The translations under genes and the position numbers were made by a program. From the IMG/VR virus record IMGVR_UViG_2547132035_000002: a stretch of 55,134 bases of DNA; one strand, 5' to 3'. Below the pieces are notes generated by a model, which worked only from the letters and a program-made list of their open reading frames with translations, was not told the origin of the DNA and searched no databases. Each line of letters opens with the position of its first letter. Position 1 is the first letter of the stretch. This document shows, piece by piece, positions 37,444 through 46,715 of this stretch. Origin of the DNA: a virus. Lineage: Duplodnaviria; Heunggongvirae; Uroviricota; Caudoviricetes.

Positions 37444-37519
37444 TGGTAAAATATATATGTAAGTATATACGAGACCTACAAAAGACAAAGTTATTGATTT
37501 GTCTTTTTTTGTGTCTATA
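37444..37519 (+). promoter_or_regulatory. cassette head 21
   Basis: TGgTAAAAT, TGTAAGTATATACGA, stem aaaagacaaa/tttgtctttt, TTGTGT, AAGGAGG. Confidence 0.8.
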
Positions 37520-37532
37520 AAGGAGGAGAATT

Positions 37533-37757
37533 ATGAGTTCTGATGGAAACACATTAGAAAATAAAAAACCGAATCAATTAAGACAGAGTTGTTTAACATG
37601 CAATTATTATAAGAAGAAAATGTGCATCTGCTTGAAACCAAAAGTTAAGAATAAGCCTTTTGGATTTCCATTTGCATACAAGCCTAATTCCATTCAATGT
37701 CAATCATGGGTTAGGGAAAATGTTGAGAAGTGGGCAACGTGGGAACATATGAATTAG
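37533..37757 (+). CDS. small Cys-rich protein
   Basis: SCLTCNYY...CIC...CQSW; RBS after head 21. Confidence 0.7.
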   Translation: MSSDGNTLENKKPNQLRQSCLTCNYYKKKMCICLKPKVKNKPFGFPFAYKPNSIQCQSWVRENVEKWATWEHMN

Positions 37758-37774
37758 TAAAAGGAGGACTGTCT

Positions 37775-38140
37775 ATGGACAAATGTGAAGAGAAGACGAT
37801 TGCAAAAAAATTCTTTGAAACAGAAATGGGAAAGCTGTTTCTCAATAAGGTCTTGGCATCTAGAAATCTAGAAAAACAAATTATTAAACTCAATCAGAAG
37901 GTCCATGAATTAGAATATCAAAATGAAATAATTAATAAAGAGATGATTCAGGAAGAAACTGAAAGAAAGGATATGGTCAATCATGCTTTAAGTCTCTATC
38001 ATGCAAATATGGCTCCAGAATATCTGTTTGATATATCTAAGGAGGATGGAACAGCGCAAGCATTCTATACAACAGATATAGATAAATCCTTAAAATCTAT
38101 TATTTCCGAAGACCTCATAGAATCAGTGGATTGTCAATAA
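37775..38140 (+). CDS. hypothetical coiled-coil protein
   Basis: AAGGAGG RBS before ATG 37775. Confidence 0.75.
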   Translation: MDKCEEKTIAKKFFETEMGKLFLNKVLASRNLEKQIIKLNQKVHELEYQNEIINKEMIQEETERKDMVNHALSLYHANMAPEYLFDISKEDGTAQAFYTTDIDKSLKSIISEDLIESVDCQ

Positions 38141-38162
38141 AATCAGAGAGAGGAGTGAAATT

Positions 38163-39188
38163 GTGGATATTAATGATGTTTTGAAAGAATTTAAGGCAAC
38201 ACAAAGTGGGGATTATTATATTTTATACTGTCCTCAATGTGGAAGAAAAGAGGCCTACTGTTACATAGAAGATATTAATCACTGGCTAGAGGATTCATCC
38301 TACAGAATTCCAATTCGATGCAATCGATTAAACAAATGTGGGGAAACATCTTATCTGAATGATTATTTAAAAGATATCAAAAAAACAAAGAATTTGAAAA
38401 TCAAAGAAAAAAGCAATATTCAAATGACACCTCAGGGGGTGGAACTTCTTCAGACTTATTGCCATTATATTACTTTTTCTGTGAAAGGAAATACTCATCA
38501 TTTTAATTTTGACATACGTGGTATTTCTAATGATATATTGAAAGAAAATGGCATCATTTATAATGATAAAACTTTTCAGCATCTTATTAATCAAGAAAAG
38601 ACAAAGCATCATTTTGGAAATAAATATAGGGGACGGAATTATCTAGATAGAGATATTATTATCCCTATAATGAATCTTGAGGGTTATCCTGAAAGACTTC
38701 TACTGAGAAGTACTTTTCATCAAGATACTAATGCTAAGAAGAAGTATAAAAAAGAAATTCAAGTCATGCTTATCAAAAAAGGTCTGGAAATATGGAATAT
38801 TAAAGATGCTTTTGATAAAGAAAAGAATATTATATTTGTCACGGAAGGCGTGTATGATGCCTTATCTATAAAGGAAGTATGTCAAGAATCTGAGGTAGGA
38901 TGTATTGCACTTCCAGGAGTCAAAAAATATAAGCAATTGCTCAGATTGATTAGGAATAATCCTGAATTAAAGGAAAAAACCTTTATCTTTGCACTTGATA
39001 ATGATACTGCTGGTAAAGAATATGTTTTAAAAATAGAAAGAGACTTTGCCAAGGAAAATATAGAATTCATGAATTTTAGTGTAGTTCCTTACAAGGATTG
39101 CAATCAGTTTTTGGAAAGTCATCCAAAAGCGATGAAATTTAGAATCTATAAAATGATTAAGAAAATACAAACATGTAAAATATCATGA
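38163..39188 (+). CDS. Toprim-domain primase-like protein with N-terminal Zn finger
   Basis: CPQCG...RCNRLNKCG; FVTEGVYDALS; FALDNDTAG. Confidence 0.85.
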   Translation: MDINDVLKEFKATQSGDYYILYCPQCGRKEAYCYIEDINHWLEDSSYRIPIRCNRLNKCGETSYLNDYLKDIKKTKNLKIKEKSNIQMTPQGVELLQTYCHYITFSVKGNTHHFNFDIRGISNDILKENGIIYNDKTFQHLINQEKTKHHFGNKYRGRNYLDRDIIIPIMNLEGYPERLLLRSTFHQDTNAKKKYKKEIQVMLIKKGLEIWNIKDAFDKEKNIIFVTEGVYDALSIKEVCQESEVGCIALPGVKKYKQLLRLIRNNPELKEKTFIFALDNDTAGKEYVLKIERDFAKENIEFMNFSVVPYKDCNQFLESHPKAMKFRIYKMIKKIQTCKIS

Positions 39189-39285
39189 AGCAATAGTCAT
39201 ATCATTCATTTCAGTATATTATGATTAGATTTAAAAAAATGAGTCCTTAACATTCCATAAGTTGAGGCAGAAGGGAGATTTATTT

Positions 39286-39777
39286 ATGGAACAAAATCAA
39301 TTAAATAAAGAACTACAAGAAAATACTATTATTACTGAGCAAAAGAATCACCAGTCTAAGAAAACTAAGAAACGTATAGCTATTGTTATGGGGTTTTGTG
39401 TTCTGATTTTATTCTTGGGTTTTGCTTATTGGGGTATTAATCAAACAATAGCAAATGCTTTGACCCAGCAGAAAGTAGAGCCAACTATACCAACTTTTGA
39501 TGATTTCCAGAAAAATTATCAGGATATGAAAAATGAAGTTGAAAAAAGAAATGCTGAATTTTCAGCCACAAAAGCAGAAATAGACACCAGAAGACAAGAA
39601 ATTGAAAATGAGATAGCTAAGCAGAAGGCGTCAACATCTTCTGTACAGCAAAAGTCAAAAGAAATAGAAAAAGAAATTAAAGAAACACAAGAGACTATTC
39701 GCTATGTGCACGATGAGATGAGCAGTGTCTTAGATGAACTGGAAGATTCTGTACAAGAACCAGGACTTAACGAGTAG
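39286..39777 (+). CDS. bitopic membrane protein with long coiled coil
   Basis: One TM (RIAIVMGFCVLILFLGFAYW) followed by heptad-rich region. Confidence 0.75.
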   Translation: MEQNQLNKELQENTIITEQKNHQSKKTKKRIAIVMGFCVLILFLGFAYWGINQTIANALTQQKVEPTIPTFDDFQKNYQDMKNEVEKRNAEFSATKAEIDTRRQEIENEIAKQKASTSSVQQKSKEIEKEIKETQETIRYVHDEMSSVLDELEDSVQEPGLNE

Positions 39778-39845
39778 ATAGTCTTTTCACTATTGAAAGG
39801 TTACAAGTCCTTTCTTTTTTGGAATTATAGAAAGGAGAAAAAACT

Positions 39846-40163
39846 ATGGAGTATAAAATAATTTCATCACAAGGTTATTTCAATTATTCTTCGTATATGA
39901 TGACTTTCTTCATTCAGGTAGGTCATAATATCTATGAATTTTATGAAGCTGAATTATTTCCTGATGAAATGGAAAAAGAATTAACAATTGCCAAAGCTGT
40001 GCCAAAGGGAATGGAAGTCAGTGAGACTCTTTGTGATACAAAAGCTTTTGAAATGATGTATGGAATTATGATTGCAGATGATTTAACGTTTGTAGATAAT
40101 GAAAATGTTCAAATGTATTTAAAACAGAGGTCATTATCAGATGAGTTTATGGAGGAAGAATAA
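39846..40163 (+). CDS. hypothetical protein
   Basis: AAAGGAG RBS, 105 aa. Confidence 0.75.
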   Translation: MEYKIISSQGYFNYSSYMMTFFIQVGHNIYEFYEAELFPDEMEKELTIAKAVPKGMEVSETLCDTKAFEMMYGIMIADDLTFVDNENVQMYLKQRSLSDEFMEEE

Positions 40164-40603
40164 TGAAAGAGAATAATGTAAAGATAATTGATAGTTTTCA
40201 TGGGGAATATGCATTCCTGAGCAATTATTACGATTCACCAATATTTTATGATGGCATACTCTATCCTACTGTTGAGCATGCTTTTCAGGCAGCTAAAACC
40301 ACAGTATTTATTCAGCGTATCATAATAGCAAACAAAAAAACGCCTGGCCAAGCAAAATGTGCAGGCAGAAAGGTTACGCTTAGAGATAACTGGGATGATA
40401 TTAAGTTATATATTATGAAGGAGTTAATTATTCTAAAGTTTACAAACCCAAAACTAAAGTCAGCACTTTTAAATACCAAAGATGCAGAGCTTATAGAGAG
40501 AAATACATGGAATGATACTTATTGGGGTATCTGTAATGGTATTGGAGAGAATCACTTAGGAAAGATTTTAATGGAAGTGAGAGAGATGTTAAGAGGTGAT
40601 TAA
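40163..40603 (+). CDS. NADAR (YbiA-like) family protein
   Basis: FLSNYY, YPTVEHAFQAAK, KF....LK..LL.T, NDTYWG, GENHLGKILMEVRE. Confidence 0.92.
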   Translation: MKENNVKIIDSFHGEYAFLSNYYDSPIFYDGILYPTVEHAFQAAKTTVFIQRIIIANKKTPGQAKCAGRKVTLRDNWDDIKLYIMKELIILKFTNPKLKSALLNTKDAELIERNTWNDTYWGICNGIGENHLGKILMEVREMLRGD

Positions 40604-40721
40604 TATTCTATATGAGAAGCATTAGCTGATAAAGGAACCCTCTACACATACATACAATAATATTTGGTGAATTGGACAAAAGGTGGTAGAATAAGATAGA
40701 TAGAGAAAGGAGTTGATTTTG

Positions 40722-41555
40722 ATGGAAAAATATAATGAATTCAAGTATAAAGTCATATCAGAAACCAAGGATGGAAAAACAAAACAACTATATTGGAATA
40801 TTGCTTTTGGACTCCAAGACGTAGATAATATCAAGCCTTCAGAATATATGTTGCAACTGGCAAAGGAAAATGTTGAAGGCAAGAAAACCTATACAGAAGT
40901 TTATAAACAGATTGATTCTTATTATAAGGAATCAACTCATATAAACTCTGATGAAAGGGAAGCAGATATTGTATCTGCTAGGATTGTTCAAATGTTGAGC
41001 AGTCCAACATTTAGATTTGATTACAATACTTTAAAACTCTATCATAAGCATTTATTCGATGGAGTGGATATTTTAGTTTCTCAGAAATATATTGGAAACT
41101 TCAGAGATTACAATATAACAAAGAGTGAGCCAATATTAGATGGAGATACTGTACTCTATTCAGATTTTTCAATGATTGAGGATACATTAAGATATGATTT
41201 TGAAGAAGAAAAGAATCAGGATTATACAGAAATGTCAAAAGAGGATATCTTAAAAAGATTAGCAACTTTCACTTCTCGAATTTGGCAAGTTCATCCCTTT
41301 GGAGAAGGGAATACAAGAACAACTGCATTGTTTATTCAGAAATATATCACATATCTAGGATTAAAGGATATGAACAATGAATTATTTAAGGATAATTCGA
41401 AGTATTTTAGAAATGCTCTTGTTCGTGCAAACTATATCAATATTCCTAAGAAAATTAATGAGAATGATGAGTATCTTATTAAATTCTTCTCAAATCTTCT
41501 CTATAAAACTGATTACCAGTTAGATAATGCGGACCTTGATATAAAAGAAAAGTAA
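40722..41555 (+). CDS. fic: Fic family protein with N-terminal VbhA-like segment
   Basis: HPFGEGNTRT Fic motif; GNFRDYNITKSEPIL; N-terminal AFGLQDVDNIKPSEY. Confidence 0.88.
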   Translation: MEKYNEFKYKVISETKDGKTKQLYWNIAFGLQDVDNIKPSEYMLQLAKENVEGKKTYTEVYKQIDSYYKESTHINSDEREADIVSARIVQMLSSPTFRFDYNTLKLYHKHLFDGVDILVSQKYIGNFRDYNITKSEPILDGDTVLYSDFSMIEDTLRYDFEEEKNQDYTEMSKEDILKRLATFTSRIWQVHPFGEGNTRTTALFIQKYITYLGLKDMNNELFKDNSKYFRNALVRANYINIPKKINENDEYLIKFFSNLLYKTDYQLDNADLDIKEK

Positions 41556-41619
41556 AGAGAAACAACAGAGATTGCAGCCTTGCAATCTTTTTTGCGTAAT
41601 GCAGAGGAAAGGATACAAT

Positions 41620-41913
41620 ATGTTAACAATTAAAGATTTATTTGAAAAATATGGAGATGTTCCATTAAATGAAGACGTAATGAAATTATTTGGAATCAAT
41701 GAACCAAAAGAGGTAGATTGTATGCTAAGGTTAAAGGATGTACAGAAAATACTTCGCATAAAAACAGCTTCTCAAATTATTAAAAGATTAAAATATAAAT
41801 ATAACTTAAAGTATAAAGAAGCTATTATTCCTGCAACAGTTCTAGCAAAGGAATATGGTTTAGAAACAACAGCTATGCTTCAGTATCTAAAGGAAGAAGA
41901 AAGTATAACTTGA
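41620..41913 (+). CDS. small putative DNA-binding protein
   Basis: AAAGGA RBS; MLRLKDVQKILRIKTASQI resembles an HTH. Confidence 0.55.
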   Translation: MLTIKDLFEKYGDVPLNEDVMKLFGINEPKEVDCMLRLKDVQKILRIKTASQIIKRLKYKYNLKYKEAIIPATVLAKEYGLETTAMLQYLKEEESIT

Positions 41914-41997
41914 TAGAGTAAACCAAGAGTGGGTAGCAGCTTATACTAAAAAATGTTAAAATATTCCTATAAATAAAATGAGAAAGGATAATTAACA

Positions 41998-44028
41998 ATG
42001 GATAATCATAAGCAATATTTATCAGATACCGAAATCATAGAAGTTATAAAATCCTACATTGCTGAGAAATTATATAATTATGCAGTTATGATTGATGGAG
42101 AGTGGGGTAGTGGGAAAACTTATTTTGTGAAGGAAATCTTGATTCCAAAATTAAAAGATTGGGAAAAAGAAAAAAGTAATAATCAAGACGATTATAAACC
42201 CAAAAAAATCATTTATATCTCTTTATATGGAGTGAAAAGGGTAGAAGATATAAGCAAATCCATTTATATGGAGAATTATTTAGACAGTGATAAAAAGAAA
42301 AAAGGGTATTCTTTTGGCTCATCAGCAGTGTCATTAGGGTTTGATATATTAAAAAATAAAGGTATTGATTTAGATAGGGAGGCTATTAAAGACCTGCTTA
42401 GTCAATTTATGTCATTAGAAAGCAGCATTCTTATTTTTGACGACTTGGAGAGATGCAATATACCAGTCAATGAAGTTTTAGGGTATATTAATGGATTTGT
42501 AGAGCATCAAGCTATGAAAGTTATTATTGTTGCGAATCAGAAAGAGTTATTGTTAGGTTTTGATGATAATAATATTGAATTGAAATATATGGTGGTATTA
42601 AATAATAATTTGCAGATTTCTAGTGATGCAGAAAATTCCGATAAAGAATCATTACCAGGTTTTATACAAAAATCTAATGATAATTCTACTCAAAACAATT
42701 GTATATTTAATGAATCTGAGTTAAAGGAACGAGCAGAGAAACTATTTGAACATAAAACAGACTATGAAAGAATGAGAGAGAAATTAATTGGTATATCTAT
42801 CTATTATCAACCTGATTTATATAAAACATTTAAAAATATAATTGAAAATTCTAACATTGATAATGAATTAAAGAAAATTATTAAAGAAAAAACACCTGAT
42901 TATATAGAAATAATTAACCTATTGAGACATTATAATATGAGAACATTTCAGTTTTATCTTTCTAAGATAAACTTCTTATATTCAGAAATAAAAAATTTAG
43001 ATAAAAAGTCAGAGGGGTTTTTAGATTATATGGTTGGATATTGCTTTGAAATTTGTTGTAGATTTAAAAGTGGAGAGATAGATTATAAGTGGGGAAAAGG
43101 ACTGATTAGTTATGAGCATGAACAGGTAACTATTAATTCAACATATCAAAAATTTTCATTCAGAATAAAGTTTGTTGATGATTATGTTATTTATTCTCAT
43201 TATAATCAATCAGTAATTTCAAATATCATAAAAGAGTATAATAGGAATTATGGTAAAAATGTGGCAGAAAGTAGTCAGTTACTGGTTGATATGGATTATG
43301 GATGGTTCTGTTATACCCAAAATAAAGTAGAAGATTCTTTAAATAGAATAAATCAATATCTTCAAGAGGATTTATATAACAAGGATGACTATCATAAAAT
43401 AATACATTTATTTTTAAAAACAGATAATATTGGTATTGACCCAAATTTTTTGGAAACTATGAAAAAACATATGTTAACTAATATAAAAAAATCAAAAAAT
43501 TATTATCGCTTTGATGAAGCTTATGCGTCAATAATCGATAACAAAAATATTAAGATGAGATTTAAAGATATAATTAAAACTTTGCAGAACACGATGGACG
43601 AAACAATCAATAATAATAAAGAAAATGATATACATTACATTATTTCTCATAATGAGGATTGGGCATATAAGATATATAAATTATCTCAAGATAAAAACAG
43701 TGTTTACTATGCACCTTATAGTGTTATTAATATTTTTGAATATGTAGATATTCACTTTTTAGTATCTAAAATTATAGTGTCAACATCCAAAAACTTATTT
43801 GATTTAAGAAGATTTTTTAGTGAATGGAAAGAGGTATATCATGAGTATAATCATGTCTGTCTACTACTTAAATTATATGATATTCTTAGTAGAATTGATA
43901 TTGATAAATTACCGGATGAGTTAAGACCAGATGATTTAATTATTAAAATGCAACTTAACTATCTCATAAATGATTTAAACCATTATGCTGGTATACCTTT
44001 TGAAAAACTAGAATCATTCCAAGAATAA
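41998..44028 (+). CDS. KAP family P-loop NTPase
   Basis: IDGEWGSGKTYF Walker A, ILIFDDLER Walker B, YERMREKLIG. Confidence 0.88.
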   Translation: MDNHKQYLSDTEIIEVIKSYIAEKLYNYAVMIDGEWGSGKTYFVKEILIPKLKDWEKEKSNNQDDYKPKKIIYISLYGVKRVEDISKSIYMENYLDSDKKKKGYSFGSSAVSLGFDILKNKGIDLDREAIKDLLSQFMSLESSILIFDDLERCNIPVNEVLGYINGFVEHQAMKVIIVANQKELLLGFDDNNIELKYMVVLNNNLQISSDAENSDKESLPGFIQKSNDNSTQNNCIFNESELKERAEKLFEHKTDYERMREKLIGISIYYQPDLYKTFKNIIENSNIDNELKKIIKEKTPDYIEIINLLRHYNMRTFQFYLSKINFLYSEIKNLDKKSEGFLDYMVGYCFEICCRFKSGEIDYKWGKGLISYEHEQVTINSTYQKFSFRIKFVDDYVIYSHYNQSVISNIIKEYNRNYGKNVAESSQLLVDMDYGWFCYTQNKVEDSLNRINQYLQEDLYNKDDYHKIIHLFLKTDNIGIDPNFLETMKKHMLTNIKKSKNYYRFDEAYASIIDNKNIKMRFKDIIKTLQNTMDETINNNKENDIHYIISHNEDWAYKIYKLSQDKNSVYYAPYSVINIFEYVDIHFLVSKIIVSTSKNLFDLRRFFSEWKEVYHEYNHVCLLLKLYDILSRIDIDKLPDELRPDDLIIKMQLNYLINDLNHYAGIPFEKLESFQE

Positions 44029-44034
44029 ACTATG

Positions 44035-44065
44035 ATATACTTTAATAAGTGATAACTCACTGGAG
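44035..44065 (+). promoter_or_regulatory. Ntn leader motif C with promoter
   Basis: TGaTATACT then AGTG-ataact-CACT-GGAG (44048-44065). Confidence 0.65.
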
Positions 44066-44072
44066 GGATAGA

Positions 44073-44765
44073 TTGACTGTTTTCAATTCAATAGGAGACT
44101 ATGCAATTCAAGGAATAACCTTTGGAGATTCCACAAAAATGCTCATGAAAGGAACTATTATGACAAGAGTATGTGCAGCAGCAAATGATAATATCTTGTG
44201 TGTTGGTAGTGATACTTTATATATACACGATAAGACGAGAGCCTCATCATGTTATGGAAAGAAGGTTTTTTCAAACAATAATATTATTGTGGCAGTATTA
44301 GGCACTTTGGATTTACAGAGCAGTATAGGAGATTTTCATATTCAGAAAGTTGTTGAAAAATGCTTAAAAATGAATTCTGATTTTTTAAGTCTTATAGATT
44401 CATTAAAAAAAGAAGTAGGGCAGATTTATTGTCATAATTTCTTTCATTATTTTACACAGTTTGCTGTTTTTGGCTTAGTTAACGAAAAGTTCTATATATA
44501 TTATTTTCAGATATCATCTGGGTTGAATTCATATGAATGTTCTTCTCCTTTTGGAAATATTTATGATGCAAATAAAGAAAACTTTAAATTCAATCATCAT
44601 ATGCTGACATTAGGTCAAGGTGTTTATAATAACTATGCAATTATTCAGGGCCATTATGAGAATCCAGTTGATGAAGTGAAATGCAATATTCATTCAGCCA
44701 TCTCTGATAAAGAACTTCAAACTGTTGGAGGTAAATGCCAATATCAAGTTATTAGTAGGCGATAA
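44073..44765 (+). CDS. Ntn hydrolase 3 (mature Thr after Met 44160)
   Basis: T1...ILCVGSD17...K33K34VF; TLGQG; QTVGGKCQY. Confidence 0.65.
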   Translation: MTVFNSIGDYAIQGITFGDSTKMLMKGTIMTRVCAAANDNILCVGSDTLYIHDKTRASSCYGKKVFSNNNIIVAVLGTLDLQSSIGDFHIQKVVEKCLKMNSDFLSLIDSLKKEVGQIYCHNFFHYFTQFAVFGLVNEKFYIYYFQISSGLNSYECSSPFGNIYDANKENFKFNHHMLTLGQGVYNNYAIIQGHYENPVDEVKCNIHSAISDKELQTVGGKCQYQVISRR

Positions 44766-44802
44766 TAATACAAATATAAAAATGTGATTTATAATATGAC
44801 AT

Positions 44803-44826
44803 ATAGCAGTCAACTGCTGGAGATGA
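44803..44826 (+). repeat. Ntn leader motif D, 24-bp direct repeat copy 1
   Basis: ATAGCAGTCAACTGCTGGAGATGA. Confidence 0.9.
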
Positions 44827-44831
44827 GAAAA

Positions 44832-45557
44832 GTGGAACCATTTTTAGACTGGAGTCAACTTATTTTTAGGAAGGAAAAAACAATGACAAGAGTAACGTCA
44901 GCAGCAAATGATGAAATTTTAGTTGTATCCGCAGATTCATTACTGACTAATAATATAACAAATAACAAAACATATAAGAAAAAAATTCTACACAACAAGA
45001 AAATAATTATTGCATTACTTGGACAAATAGAATTGATAACCTCTAATGGAATTATTGAATTTGATAAAGTTATAGAGAATATCATAAAACAGGAAATTAA
45101 TCCATATCTTGTAGAAAATCAAATAATTCAAACAGTAGAAAAATATTTTTCAAAATACTATAATAAAAACTTTTTACAAGTTTGTTTATTCTGGAGAGAG
45201 AATCAGCACTTTTTGCTACGTGCCTTTCAATTGAATGGAGATTATAAAATTATGCCTTTTTTAAATTATGCTTTTGGATATGATTATAAAACAAAAGATA
45301 ATGTTATTAAGGTTATGAATCATTATTATTTTGATACAGGAGAAGGAGCAGGAAATCATTTGTTAGGTTTTCTTAACACAAATCCTCTAGACTTCTCTAT
45401 ACAAACTGTTAGAAATGCTATAAATAATACTGACTTTCAAACAGTAGGAGGAGATGTTTTTACTGTCACACTCGATAAACATGGAATTATAGAAACATAT
45501 GTAAATGGAAGAAAAAACTCTTTTAATAGCAGTCAACTGCTGGAGATGATAAAGTGA
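44832..45557 (+). CDS. Ntn hydrolase 4 (mature Thr after Met 44883)
   Basis: T1...ILVVSAD17...K33I; DTGEG; QTVGGDVF. Confidence 0.65.
   Translation: MEPFLDWSQLIFRKEKTMTRVTSAANDEILVVSADSLLTNNITNNKTYKKKILHNKKIIIALLGQIELITSNGIIEFDKVIENIIKQEINPYLVENQIIQTVEKYFSKYYNKNFLQVCLFWRENQHFLLRAFQLNGDYKIMPFLNYAFGYDYKTKDNVIKVMNHYYFDTGEGAGNHLLGFLNTNPLDFSIQTVRNAINNTDFQTVGGDVFTVTLDKHGIIETYVNGRKNSFNSSQLLEMIK
45526..45549 (+). repeat. Ntn leader motif E, 24-bp direct repeat copy 2
   Basis: Identical to 44803-44826. Confidence 0.9.
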
Positions 45558-46252
45558 AAAGCAATTTAAATAACCTCAGTATACAGAAAGAAGTGAATAG
45601 AATGTCGAGAATTATGGCAGCAGCAAGGAATGACGTACTGGTTGTTGGTGCAGATACACAATTAACAAATTCATATAATCATACAAAACAATTTGATAGC
45701 AAGAAGATTTTCTATGACAAGAATATTGTTATTTGTATATTGGGAACGATAGAGATATTGACATCTGGCGGTAATATCATGTTAACGGATTATATTTTGG
45801 ATGCTATAAATGAGTATAAGACTAATGATATTTTCAGTGTTACAGAGAATCTTCTAAAGAAAATCGAGGAAGTATATGCAAAGTTAAGATTAACTGATAG
45901 CAATACAGATATTTTAATATTTTGGCAAGAAGAAGGATATTTTTATCTTAATACAGTAGAAGTGAATTTTAGGGGAAGACATTATCCATTTGGAAAAGTT
46001 ATGCAAGCAAATAAACATCTGTATATATTTAATAATCATTTTTTACAAACTGGAGAAGGTATTAAAAATCCAGATATTATAGTCAGTGAAATATATAATA
46101 TTGAACCAATAGATTTTGTGACAGCAGGAATACAGAGCGCTATTCATGATGAAACTCTAACTACTATAGGCGGTAGTGTCTATTCAGTTAAAATGGACAA
46201 AGAGGGAGAAGTAAAAATGCATGTTAATGGAATTTCAGAAGATAGTTTATAA
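45554..46252 (+). CDS. Ntn hydrolase 5 (mature Ser after Met 45602)
   Basis: S1...VLVVGAD17...K33K34IF; QTGEG; TTIGGSVY. Confidence 0.65.
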   Translation: MKSNLNNLSIQKEVNRMSRIMAAARNDVLVVGADTQLTNSYNHTKQFDSKKIFYDKNIVICILGTIEILTSGGNIMLTDYILDAINEYKTNDIFSVTENLLKKIEEVYAKLRLTDSNTDILIFWQEEGYFYLNTVEVNFRGRHYPFGKVMQANKHLYIFNNHFLQTGEGIKNPDIIVSEIYNIEPIDFVTAGIQSAIHDETLTTIGGSVYSVKMDKEGEVKMHVNGISEDSL

Positions 46253-46296
46253 AATATTAATACATTAGTTATTGATTCACATGAAAGGAGAGCAAT

Positions 46297-46653
46297 ATGA
46301 ATTTGGAAGATATTTTAGAGGATTATGATGTAGAATTTAGTGGAACTATTAAGTTTGTGAAAAAGCAGGATAAAATTGCTTTGCAGATTGAATCACTGAG
46401 AATAGAGGATAAAGTAGATGCATTTAAAAAACTCGAGATGCTTACTCAAGAGGAGGTTGCTACTCTTTTAAAGACCTCAAGACAAAATATTTCAATGCTT
46501 AGGGAGGTTGGTATACTTAAAGCAATTAAAGTTGGGCAAAGGTATTTATTTTCTATTGAGGAGTTACAGGAATTTCAACTGAAGTATAAGGGGTATGATG
46601 TGGGCAATAGAGTAAAAGCAACGGAAGCTTATAGAATTGTTGAGGGGAAATGA
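46297..46653 (+). CDS. excisionase-like HTH protein
   Basis: MLTQEEVATLLKTSRQNISMLREVGILKAIKVGQRYLFS. Confidence 0.75.
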   Translation: MNLEDILEDYDVEFSGTIKFVKKQDKIALQIESLRIEDKVDAFKKLEMLTQEEVATLLKTSRQNISMLREVGILKAIKVGQRYLFSIEELQEFQLKYKGYDVGNRVKATEAYRIVEGK

Positions 46654-46683
46654 TTTTCATATATAATATTATAATATATGTAT

Positions 46684-46701
46684 AGCAGTTGTCTGCTGGA
46701 G
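46684..46701 (+). promoter_or_regulatory. Ntn leader motif F
   Basis: AGCAG-ttgt-CTGCT-GGAG after TATAAT. Confidence 0.7.
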
Positions 46702-46715
46702 ATGAAACAAACATA

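Noticed and set aside
23622-46701. CTGGAG motif as a glycine or c-di-AMP riboswitch
   Set aside because: The motif is only 17-18 nt, the other conserved aptamer elements are missing, and GGAG is explained as an SD.
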